64,000 bases of DNA from Chloroflexota bacterium. Its GTDB lineage: Bacteria; Chloroflexota; UBA11872. The stretch spans positions 85,990 through 149,989 of the forward strand of contig OY764080.1 in NCBI GenBank assembly GCA_963667925.1, written 5' to 3'. This document shows, one piece after another, positions 27,459 through 35,356 of the stretch; position 1 is the first letter of the stretch, and each line of letters opens with the position of its first letter. Position numbers and translations under genes: made by a program. The notes beneath the pieces are model-generated. The model was not told the DNA's origin, did no database searches, and saw only the letters and a list, made by a program, of their open reading frames with translations.

Positions 27459-28304
27459 TCATCTGACCGCGACATCGAACCACAAGCCCCAGTGATCTGA
27501 GGCGTAGAGGTCGCCGTCGCGATGCGCGGTTCCAAAGCGGCGCTCGGCGACGATCTTCAGCGGTGAGTTCGACTTTGAGCGGACCAGCAGGTGGTCGATT
27601 CGGATTGGTGGCGCCTGCGGATGGATGGGTGCGCCGATGCCATCGTCCAGGGCCTGGCGGTTGCTCATGGCATTGCTGGTGGGATAGGTCGGCGGCGCGC
27701 GGTCGAGCGGCGGCGCCGACTCAAATTCCAGGGCCCGCATGAGTCGGTAGAGCAAGGAGTTGTGGGGCATGAGGTTCAGGTCGCCAACGAGAACCAGGAG
27801 GTCGGCGTATTCGGTCATCGGCTGCATGACCTCAATGAGGCTCCTGACCGAGGCGTCGAGCGCGTCGGCCAGTCCCGATCTCGGCAAGTGCGTGCTCGCC
27901 ACGACCAGGCGTGATCCCTGGATGTCCCAGTCGGCGGTCAGAAGCCAGGGTTCGTGGTAGCCGAGATTCGCGACCGTGGTTCGGTCGGCGAGCTGGAAGC
28001 GCGACGTCTTGACTGGTTGTTGTCTCGCCAGAAGAGCGGGCCCCATGCGGGTGTCCGGGTGGGACGTTGGAGCATCGATCCAGTCGACCACGGACAGGCC
28101 GGAATCGGCCGCGACCTGCGCGGGCGTGGACTGGCCGTTCTCCCAGGAGCGCCGGGCGCCGCGGGCCTCGTGAAGGAAGACTGCATCGGGCCTGAGATCC
28201 GCTAGTTCAGCCGCCACGAGGGGACGGCGGCGTAGCCACTCCCAGGAAAATCCCCAGATGTTCCAGCAGGCGATGCGGAGGTTGCCGCAAGCACGGGGCG
28301 TCAC
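27459..28304 (-). CDS. Endonuclease/exonuclease/phosphatase (EEP) family protein
   Basis: 'RIACWNI', 'DAVFLHE', 'STHL', 'VGDLN', 'RIDH' and 'SDH'. Confidence 0.85.
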   Translation of the reverse strand: MTPRACGNLRIACWNIWGFSWEWLRRRPLVAAELADLRPDAVFLHEARGARRSWENGQSTPAQVAADSGLSVVDWIDAPTSHPDTRMGPALLARQQPVKTSRFQLADRTTVANLGYHEPWLLTADWDIQGSRLVVASTHLPRSGLADALDASVRSLIEVMQPMTEYADLLVLVGDLNLMPHNSLLYRLMRALEFESAPPLDRAPPTYPTSNAMSNRQALDDGIGAPIHPQAPPIRIDHLLVRSKSNSPLKIVAERRFGTAHRDGDLYASDHWGLWFDVAVR

Positions 28305-28333
28305 CGCGCGCCGGTGTGAAGCAAGGGCCGCGG

Positions 28334-29014
28334 TCAGGCCTTAATCGCGGATAGACGGCCTTCGAACAGAAACCGGTCAAATAGGTCATCCAGGTTCATG
28401 CTCGAGACGTCCTGGAGCACGTCGTCGGCCGCGCGCGTGCGCAGGCGGCCCAAAGTCAACGACAGGGCCTCCGCAATCCCGTCCGCCGCGAGCGTTTGCT
28501 GAAGGCCCACGAGCGCGGCCAGTTCCAGCGCGCCCAGAGGCAGGAAGGTCAGGCCCGTGTGGCGGTAGCCACCCTCGCCATTGACCGCGCGAACGGCGAA
28601 CTGGGTGACGCGACGCCGCTCCTCGTACTCAAGTTCAATCACGTCAACAACGCGGCCTTCGCTCGCGCCCTCGGCGACCACGAACACGCAGTTGTTGGAG
28701 CCTTGCGACGGCTGGAAGTCGGCAGCCGGCTGCAGCGGGTGTTCGGCTACAAGGATTTCGACTTCCTCGGAGCGCGGAACAGCCTGCAGCAAGTCATGTA
28801 CCTCACCATGACCCGCGTTCCGATCCTGGACCCGCACGTCCGATGCCTCTGGCACGGAGTCCGCATCGGATGTAATGACCGTGATGTCGTCCGCGCCGAT
28901 TTCGCGCAGCCGCTCGATGGTGGCGTCCAGCGGCGCACCGCCGTCGCCCGTCGTGGCCGCCCCGTCCGCCGTGAGTCCGTTGCCGACAAAGATCACGCCC
29001 CGCAAGTCAGCCAT
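28334..29014 (-). CDS. Hypothetical protein with degenerate nucleotidyltransferase (GT-A-like) fold
   Basis: 'LRGVIFVGNG', then 'PLDATIERLREIGADDITVIT' and 'HTGLTFL' echo NTP_transferase proteins, but the GxGxR motif is absent. Confidence 0.5.
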   Translation of the reverse strand: MADLRGVIFVGNGLTADGAATTGDGGAPLDATIERLREIGADDITVITSDADSVPEASDVRVQDRNAGHGEVHDLLQAVPRSEEVEILVAEHPLQPAADFQPSQGSNNCVFVVAEGASEGRVVDVIELEYEERRRVTQFAVRAVNGEGGYRHTGLTFLPLGALELAALVGLQQTLAADGIAEALSLTLGRLRTRAADDVLQDVSSMNLDDLFDRFLFEGRLSAIKA

Positions 29015-29120
29015 AGCACCGCCGTAATGCGCCGTTCACGCGGCATACAGTACGGCATATCGGCAATACCGCCAGAAAAAATCAACGCCGAGCCTCAGCG
29101 CAGGGCGGCTTTGCGGCGAT

Positions 29121-29936
29121 TTAGCCGATGTTCGATCCGGCGGGCAGCAGGTGAGCCAACCGCAGCCTCAGGTTGTCCGGCGCCTCGTCGTAAACCTCGC
29201 GGGGCAGGTCTTCCACGAACGAGTCGATCCCGTCACCGACAATCACCTGGCGCTCTACGTGGCCGCGTCGCGTCGGGTTGAGGTTCAACCACCACGGCGC
29301 GAAGCGGACGACCACGGTCACGCGATCCTGCTCGGTCGTGTTGGGTGAGACCGCGTGCCAGAGGCGGCTGTCCACGATGGCAACCGAGCCGGCCTTGCCC
29401 AGCAGGCGGGCTTCGTCGTCGCGTGGCGCCATCCAGTCGCCGAGTGGGCTGCCGGGGCGTGGGTGATCCTGCTGGCGGTGGCTGCCCGGCACCACGTACG
29501 TCGCGCCATTCTCGGGCGTGAAGTCGGTCAGCATCCAGAACGTCGTCAGGTGCATCGGCACGTCCGGGTAAGGAGCGGGGATATGGGCCAGGTTGCGCTG
29601 GTTGTAGGGAAAGTCCGCGTGCCAGATGTCACGGTCGGTTCCGGGGCCCGTGACGTAGCCGGTCACATAGGAGATGCGCCAATGGGGTCCTAGGACGCCC
29701 TGGGTGACGGTATTCACGTCCTCGTCGCCGAGGTGGGGCAGCAGCGCCTGGTCGAAGCGCAGCAGGTTGGACACGCCGTAGCGCGGGGCGGGGGAGCGTG
29801 AGTTTTCGATGATGGATGCCGACACCTTCTCGCGAACTTCGCTGAGGGCCGGCTCCGAGATGATGTCGGGGATTACGCACCAGCCGCGTGTACGCAGGTC
29901 GTCCACGTGGGCTTCAAGGCCGTTGCTTGCGTTCAT
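29121..29936 (-). CDS. Phytanoyl-CoA dioxygenase (PhyH) family Fe(II)/2-oxoglutarate enzyme
   Basis: 'WHAD' (HxD), 'LTDFTPENGATYVVPGSH' and distal 'LWHA..N....R'. Confidence 0.92.
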   Translation of the reverse strand: MNASNGLEAHVDDLRTRGWCVIPDIISEPALSEVREKVSASIIENSRSPAPRYGVSNLLRFDQALLPHLGDEDVNTVTQGVLGPHWRISYVTGYVTGPGTDRDIWHADFPYNQRNLAHIPAPYPDVPMHLTTFWMLTDFTPENGATYVVPGSHRQQDHPRPGSPLGDWMAPRDDEARLLGKAGSVAIVDSRLWHAVSPNTTEQDRVTVVVRFAPWWLNLNPTRRGHVERQVIVGDGIDSFVEDLPREVYDEAPDNLRLRLAHLLPAGSNIG

Positions 29937-30125
29937 TCTGATCTCCGCCGGCGGACGCGTCGGCCCGGCCGTTCGTGCGTTCGCCTGCTCCGGGCAGGCA
30001 ACGACTGCGATTTAGGGAATGCTAGCAACGCCAACGGGCGGCGGTGTCCACCGACTCGGCGGAGCGGGGCAACGCAGCGATGGGTGCCGCAGTGGCCCAG
30101 AGGTGCAATCTGGCCTAGCGTCTCG

Positions 30126-30317
30126 CTAGCAGCTGGTCCCCAGGTTGCCGCAGCGGGACCGTGGGTCCTTGACGGGGAAGGGGTCGTCGCGGGTACCCGC
30201 AGTCGAACCGTCGTCGCCGCAGGCCGGGCCAAGGCCGACGGCCATGACCGTGAATGCGCCGAGCAGGGCTCCGGCAAACCGTCGTCGGGTGAGCGGCCGC
30301 CTGGTCCGTCTGTCCAT
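30126..30317 (-). CDS. 63-aa predicted Tat-exported lipopeptide with C-terminal Cys pair (copy B)
   Basis: AGGAG RBS; 'LTRRRFAG', hydrophobic core, lipobox 'LGPA-C'; tail 'RCGNLGTSC'. Paralogue of 30409..30600. Confidence 0.8.
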   Translation of the reverse strand: MDRRTRRPLTRRRFAGALLGAFTVMAVGLGPACGDDGSTAGTRDDPFPVKDPRSRCGNLGTSC

Positions 30318-30348
30318 AGCGACGTCTCCTGACGGTTCGGCCGCGACC

Positions 30349-30377
30349 ACTAGAGCGGGTGCGGGAGGTGTCCGCAA
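30349..30377 (-). promoter_or_regulatory. Promoter-like element upstream of peptide B
   Basis: TTGCGG, 17 nt, TCTAGT; same position and spacing as the element upstream of peptide A. Confidence 0.5.
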
Positions 30378-30408
30378 GCTGGCCGATTGCCGGTGACCGA
30401 CGGTACCG

Positions 30409-30600
30409 CTATCCGCACGTCACGTTGCCGCAGCGGGCGTTTGGGTCCTTGTACGGGAACGGATCGTCGCGGGTTCCTGCGGTTCCGCCCGAATCACCGC
30501 CGCACGCCGGGCCGAGGCCGACGGCCACTACCGTCAACGCGCCAAGCAGCGCTCCGCCGAATCGGCGTCGGGTCAGGGACCGCCGGGGCCGTTTGTCCAT
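30409..30600 (-). CDS. 63-aa predicted Tat-exported lipopeptide with C-terminal Cys pair (copy A)
   Basis: 'LTRRRFGG', hydrophobic core, 'LGPA-C', 'TAGTRDDPFPYKDP' and tail 'RCGNVTCG'. Confidence 0.8.
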   Translation of the reverse strand: MDKRPRRSLTRRRFGGALLGALTVVAVGLGPACGGDSGGTAGTRDDPFPYKDPNARCGNVTCG

Positions 30601-30633
30601 TGCGCCATTCCCATGACTGTTCGGGCCGTGACC

Positions 30634-30662
30634 ATTAGAACGGCTGCGGTCGACTTAGGCAA
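30634..30662 (-). promoter_or_regulatory. Promoter-like element upstream of peptide A
   Basis: TTGCCT, 17 nt, TCTAAT; the downstream leader sequence is also conserved with copy B. Confidence 0.5.
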
Positions 30663-30728
30663 ACAGGCAGTCCCGGTGGATGCCCCAAAGCGAGCCCTTG
30701 CCTTGGCAAGCACCCACTCAGCCGCGAC

Positions 30729-31709
30729 TCACCACTGAAACACCGTGCCCATGAGCTGCGACGAATCGTCGCGCAGCCTGGCGTAGATCCCAGGAGCTTC
30801 CGCTGCTGGAACCACGTCCTGGATAAGCGGTTCGACCTGCACCAGGCCCCGGCCGACCAGCCGGCAGAGGTTCCGCAGATCGTCGCGGTCGAAGTGGCTG
30901 TTCTGCTTGATGGTGATCTCCTGGCCCTGGCCGGTCCTGAAGGTGTAATTCACCTCCCAGCGGCCCGCGACCAGAATCACGCGTCCCTGCAGGCGGACGG
31001 ACATGATCAGCCTGTCTTCCATCCCCGGCACGCCCGCAAAGTCAATGACCGCGTCAAAGGCGCCCTCGCCGATGTCCCGGTCCCAGCCATCGCCGGAAAC
31101 GTCCACGACCGCTTCAGCGGCGCCGATTGTTCGCGCAAGCTCCAGCCGCCGCCCGGCGACGTCGCCGATAGTCACGCCCGCGCCCATGACTGAAGCGATT
31201 TGCGCCGCCATCTGCCCGATGCACCCGGCCCCGCCGACAATCAGCAGACGCTCGCCCATACGCAGCTCGGCGTTGCGGCAGCTGCGCATCGCCACGCCGC
31301 CCATGCCGAATAGGGTGGCGTGGACCGGGTCGATGTCGTTGGGCAGCTTCAGAACCAGGTCGTCCTCGGCGATCGTGACAAACTCCGCGTGGCCGGCCGG
31401 GCTGCGTTGCGTTCCGCTGTGAGCGCCGATGAAGACCAGGTCGCCAAGGTTCAGATCCGAGACGTCGGGGCCCAGTGCAATCACCTCGCCGACGCTCTGG
31501 TAGCCCTCGTTCGATGGCAACTCGTGGTCGGGGCGCGAGTAGTTGCCGCCCAGCATGTTGTTGCGTTCGGTGCCGTTGGTGACCCCGCTGTAGATCGTGC
31601 GGGTCTTGACCTCGTTGGCTCGGAGCGGTTCCGTGTACTCAGGCCAGTCGTCGACCAACCGCTTGCCACGCCGTCCGTCGGCTTCCAGAACGGTTACAAG
31701 CGCGCGCAT
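30729..31709 (-). CDS. Zinc-binding (MDR) alcohol/sugar dehydrogenase family protein
   Basis: 'YSGVTNGTE', 'GYQSVGEVIALG' and Rossmann 'IVGGAGCIGQ'. GGAGG RBS precedes the ATG at 31709. Confidence 0.85.
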   Translation of the reverse strand: MRALVTVLEADGRRGKRLVDDWPEYTEPLRANEVKTRTIYSGVTNGTERNNMLGGNYSRPDHELPSNEGYQSVGEVIALGPDVSDLNLGDLVFIGAHSGTQRSPAGHAEFVTIAEDDLVLKLPNDIDPVHATLFGMGGVAMRSCRNAELRMGERLLIVGGAGCIGQMAAQIASVMGAGVTIGDVAGRRLELARTIGAAEAVVDVSGDGWDRDIGEGAFDAVIDFAGVPGMEDRLIMSVRLQGRVILVAGRWEVNYTFRTGQGQEITIKQNSHFDRDDLRNLCRLVGRGLVQVEPLIQDVVPAAEAPGIYARLRDDSSQLMGTVFQW

Positions 31710-31731
31710 GGCAATCCCTCCTAACCCTCGG

Positions 31732-32382
31732 CTAGAGCGCTCCCGCGGCCCAGCGGATGCCGCGGTGCAACACGGTTCGAAAGCCGGGGTCGGCATAGGC
31801 GGCGTTGTCGTGGCCCGACTGGTAGCAAAACACACGGGCATTGCCGAACCGACGCGTCCAGGCCAGCGTTCGCACGCTCAGCGCGTGGTCGGTGGTCAGC
31901 AGGATGCGGCTGCCTTCGCCGGCCTCGTGCATCGTGTAGGTCTCGTCCGGCAGCACCCAATCCGCCAGCCCGGCCGTGATCGGATGGTCTGGATCGGCCA
32001 CCTGGACCGGGACCTGCTGGTCCATGTGGTATCCAAACCTGCGCTCGTCGATGCCGCAGATCTCCGACCAGCGCGGCCATTCGGGAAAGGCCAGCAGCGC
32101 GTGATGCAGGACCACGATGCCTTGCTCACTCTCGCCCAGCGATTCCAGCGCCGCGGCCGTCCGCTCGTCCGGCGCCGGGCGATGGAAGTTGTAGAAGACC
32201 AGCACGTCGTACGCGTCCCGCACCCCGCCCAGGTCGGCAGCGAAGTTGTCCAGGTCCTGCGCATACACCTCAACATCCGGCATGCTCCGGAACGCCGCCT
32301 GGAATCCCGGAACATCGAACCGGTGCTCGCCGGTGATCACCGCGGCCGTGATCGTGTTGTCGTCCTTCGGTAGGAGTCCCAC
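31732..32382 (-). CDS. ThuA-like domain protein
   Basis: 'YDVLVFYN', 'GIVVLHHA', 'DHPITAGL..W...DETY' and 'GRVFCYQSGHD'-like C-terminus (NARVFCYQSGHD). Confidence 0.85.
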   Translation of the reverse strand: MGLLPKDDNTITAAVITGEHRFDVPGFQAAFRSMPDVEVYAQDLDNFAADLGGVRDAYDVLVFYNFHRPAPDERTAAALESLGESEQGIVVLHHALLAFPEWPRWSEICGIDERRFGYHMDQQVPVQVADPDHPITAGLADWVLPDETYTMHEAGEGSRILLTTDHALSVRTLAWTRRFGNARVFCYQSGHDNAAYADPGFRTVLHRGIRWAAGAL

Positions 32383-32428
32383 GCGAGACCTCTCAGACGG
32401 GCATGGCGCGGCCGGCTGCTGCCGGCAT

Positions 32429-33259
32429 CTAGCCCTTGGCCGCTTTCAAGGCCTCCACCTGCTCCCGGATGCCCACCTCGGTCGGCAGGCGTTCAATGCT
32501 GGAGGCGCCAAAAAACCCGGCCACGCCTTCGGTGTTTGCCAGGACGTGCCGCACGTCGTCGGGATCGGCGATCGGTCCGCCGTGACAAAGCACCACCGAG
32601 TCCGGCTTCTCGGCCACGGCGGCGTCGTGAATGGCCTGCACGCTGGCCACCGCGTCGTCCAGCGTCAGCGCGGTCGTGGCGCCAATCGAGCCCTTGGTCG
32701 TCAGGCCCATGTGCGGCACCAGCACGTCCGCGCCCGCCCGGCTCATGGCCACGGCCTGGTCGGGATCGAACACGTACGGGCAGGTCAGCATGTCCAGCGC
32801 ATTGGCCTGCCGGATCAGGTCCACCTCCAGGCCAAAGCCCATGTTCGTTTCTTCCAGGCCCTGGCGGAAGATGCCGTCGATCAGCCCCACCGTCGGGAAG
32901 TTCTGCACGCCGTCGAAGCCCATGGCCTTCAGCTGCTTCAGGAAGGTCGGCATCAGCCGGAACGGGTCGGTCCCGCAGACCCCCGCCAGCACCGGCGTGT
33001 TCTGCACCACCGGCAGCACCTCCGACGCCATGTCCACCACGATCGCGTTGGCGTCGCCGAACGGCATCATTCCCGACAGCGACCCGCGGCCCGCCATCCG
33101 GAAGCGGCCCGAGTTGTAGATGATGATTAGGTCCGCGCCGCCCTGCTCGGCGAACTTGGCGGTGATACCGGTACCGGCGCCGCAGCCGATGATCGGCTGA
33201 CCCGCGTCCAGCGTGGCCCGCAGGCGCCGCAGCGCCTCAGCGCGTGGGATATACGGCAT
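32429..33259 (-). CDS. Phosphoenolpyruvate hydrolase-like TIM-barrel protein (homologue of the Tm-1 C-terminal domain)
   Basis: '[37 protein letters not shown]', '[12 protein letters not shown]' and '[12 protein letters not shown]'. Confidence 0.92.
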   Translation of the reverse strand: MPYIPRAEALRRLRATLDAGQPIIGCGAGTGITAKFAEQGGADLIIIYNSGRFRMAGRGSLSGMMPFGDANAIVVDMASEVLPVVQNTPVLAGVCGTDPFRLMPTFLKQLKAMGFDGVQNFPTVGLIDGIFRQGLEETNMGFGLEVDLIRQANALDMLTCPYVFDPDQAVAMSRAGADVLVPHMGLTTKGSIGATTALTLDDAVASVQAIHDAAVAEKPDSVVLCHGGPIADPDDVRHVLANTEGVAGFFGASSIERLPTEVGIREQVEALKAAKG

Positions 33260-33345
33260 GCGCGTGTTCCTCTCGTTCGTGTGAAGGTCTGCTGGCAGAC
33301 CTGTGCATTACGTCCCTCGTCCTCAAAGCTGCGGCCGCTCTTTCT

Positions 33346-33378
33346 CCCTCTCCTTCTGGGAGAGGGTTGGGGTGAGGG
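33346..33378. repeat. REP-like palindromic element (CCCTCACCCCAACCCTCTCCC...GGAGAGGG type)
   Basis: The minus strand reads CCCTCACCCCAACCCTCTCCCAGAAGGAGAGGG, with hairpin CCCTCTCC/GGAGAGGG, in an intergenic gap. Confidence 0.65.
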
Positions 33379-33445
33379 TCTTCCGGGCACCCGCCCCCGA
33401 TTACACAGAGTTCTCTCCTGAGCGGCCCGGTGTGGCTGCGCATCG

Positions 33446-34651
33446 TCAACCCAGGTACTCCAGCAGCTTGTCGGTCACGGCGTCGGCAAAGACCTCGTCA
33501 TTGACGTTCAGGTCGAGCTCATAGACGGGAATGTCGTCACGAATGTGCCGCTTGACGGCGTCGAACAGCGCCTGGTCCGCCTCCGGCCAGTGGAACTCTT
33601 CGCCCGGCGCCCCCAGCAGCGACAGGCCCTTCAGCGGCAGGAAGATCGCCGTTGGCGCCGACGATCCATTGGCCTTCTCGGCCAGGATCCGGCCCAGTTC
33701 CGCGTTCTCCGCGGGGTCCGTCCGCATCAGCGACACGTTCGGGTTCCAGTAGTGGAAACGACGGCCCTCGAACTTGTCCGGAATCGTCGCCGGCGCCTGG
33801 AAGTTCACCATGTCCAGGCAGCCCGGCGCGATCACCTGCGGGACCCCCTGCGCCGCCGCCGCGTCCATCCGGTTGGGACCGGCCGCCATCACGCCGCCCA
33901 CCAGTTCGTCGGCCCACTCGGTCGTCGTCACGTCCAGCACGCCGCTCGCGAACCCGCCCGCAATCACGTCTTCCATCGTGCGGCCGCCCGTGCCCGTGGC
34001 GTGAAACACCAGCACCTCGTAGCCCAGCCCGTCCAGCCGCTCGCGGCAGCGCTCCACCGCCGGCGTCGTGTTGCCGAACATCGAGGCCGCGATCAGCGGC
34101 TTGTCCTCGATCTCCGGCGCGGCCGTCTCCACCATCCCCACCACCGCGCCCACCGCGTTGGCGTAAATGCGCGCGCTGATCCGGTTCACCCCTGCCACGT
34201 CCACGATCGAGGGCACCATCACCACGTCCTTGGTGTCCACGTAGCCGCTCGTATCGCCTGACGCGACGGTGCTCACCATCACCTTCGGCACGCCCACCGG
34301 CAGCGCCCGCATGGCCGCCGTGCCTACGGCGGTTCCCGCGCTGCCCCCCATGCTCAGCACCCCGTCGATCCGGCCCGCCGCGTGCAACTCCCGCACGATC
34401 GCCGCGCCGCCCTCGGCCATCACGCCAACCGCCGTCCCGCGGTCGCCGTGTTCCCGCAACTCCGCCAGGCCGGTCCCACCCGCTTCCGCGACCTCGCCGG
34501 CCGGGATGTCGGGCTCGAATCCCGGTTCGCTGATCACCCCGCTATCGATCACCAGCGCCCGGTGACCGCGACGCTCGATCTCGCGCCGCACAAAGGCGAA
34601 CTCGTCGCCCTTCGTATCCAGCGCGCCAATCACGGCGATGGTCTTCGACAT
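33446..34651 (-). CDS. UPF0261 / Tm-1-like ATP-binding domain protein
   Basis: 'GALDTKGDE', 'MRALPVGVPKVMVST', 'SIVDVAGVN', 'SMFGNTTP' and 'VFHATGTGG'. Confidence 0.93.
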   Translation of the reverse strand: MSKTIAVIGALDTKGDEFAFVRREIERRGHRALVIDSGVISEPGFEPDIPAGEVAEAGGTGLAELREHGDRGTAVGVMAEGGAAIVRELHAAGRIDGVLSMGGSAGTAVGTAAMRALPVGVPKVMVSTVASGDTSGYVDTKDVVMVPSIVDVAGVNRISARIYANAVGAVVGMVETAAPEIEDKPLIAASMFGNTTPAVERCRERLDGLGYEVLVFHATGTGGRTMEDVIAGGFASGVLDVTTTEWADELVGGVMAAGPNRMDAAAAQGVPQVIAPGCLDMVNFQAPATIPDKFEGRRFHYWNPNVSLMRTDPAENAELGRILAEKANGSSAPTAIFLPLKGLSLLGAPGEEFHWPEADQALFDAVKRHIRDDIPVYELDLNVNDEVFADAVTDKLLEYLG

Positions 34652-34729
34652 CCCGTCCCTCCTCCGCGCACCCGGCCAGGGCGCGCCGCCGCCGGCTACC
34701 CCGCTACCTTAACCCGCCGACCTGAAATC

Positions 34730-35356
34730 TCACGAGTTCGAGGCCAGATCGTCCACCACCAGCCGCGCGGCGTTCAGCGCCAGCGCGGTCAACGCGTCGT
34801 GCCGAACGGGCCAATCCGGCGGCAGCATGGCAAATGCGGCGTAGGTGCCCGGACTGACTGGTTGCACAACCAGCGCGTGTCCAAGCGCGACCGCCTGAAT
34901 CGAACGCCAGGCGGCGCCGTCAAGCCGGTAGACGCCGGCGGATCCGGCGCCTGGCTGGATGAACGTCAATCGAGCCGCGGGCGAGAGCGCAATGTCCCGC
35001 CCGCCGGCATCTCGCGCCGTGATCGTCATCGCCGGCGAGATGCGCACCAGGTTCGGCCCGGCGTTAGGTAGTGCCACATAGGTTGGTTGGGCCAACAGCG
35101 TGATATCGGCGCCACTCGCCAGTGTGCGGTCGTCCTCATCTAGCGTGGCGCTCGAGAGGCGCAGCGTGACTGTGGCCGAAGTCTGGCTCGGCCCTGGCGG
35201 CGGACCCGCGGCGGGCGAGGTCGATGCTGGTTCTCGCAGCCGCACATCTGGAGCCGTCTGTGCTTTGGCGAGCGGCGGAGATGACGGCAGGAGGGCCGCG
35301 ACCGCCAGCAGCACAATGAGTGCCGCGGCGGCGCCGACCGACAGCCAGCGGATCAT
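34730..35356 (-). CDS. Exported hypothetical protein with Pro/Ser/Thr-rich linker
   Basis: The ATG at 35356 overlaps the upstream stop; signal-like N-terminus; beta-rich domain. Confidence 0.6.
   Translation of the reverse strand: MIRWLSVGAAAALIVLLAVAALLPSSPPLAKAQTAPDVRLREPASTSPAAGPPPGPSQTSATVTLRLSSATLDEDDRTLASGADITLLAQPTYVALPNAGPNLVRISPAMTITARDAGGRDIALSPAARLTFIQPGAGSAGVYRLDGAAWRSIQAVALGHALVVQPVSPGTYAAFAMLPPDWPVRHDALTALALNAARLVVDDLASNS

Larger units (their letters stand above)
30126..30662 (-). repeat. Diverged tandem duplication (about 285-bp unit: promoter plus peptide gene)
   Basis: Both ORFs and both upstream regions align (gttcgg-ccgcgaccactagagcgggtgcgg vs gttcgggccgtgaccattagaacggctgcgg). 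Confidence 0.85.

Noticed and set aside
29937-30125. Possible third copy of the Tat-lipopeptide gene
   Set aside because: No twin-arginine, lipobox or DDPFP motif is visible in this gap. The 114-aa ORF in the track is an out-of-frame overlap.
8072-30600. PIMT homologues as aspartimide-forming RiPP enzymes acting on the twin peptides
   Set aside because: The genes are more than 15 kb apart, and both PIMTs look like canonical repair enzymes without the C-terminal extension typical of RiPP-associated homologues.
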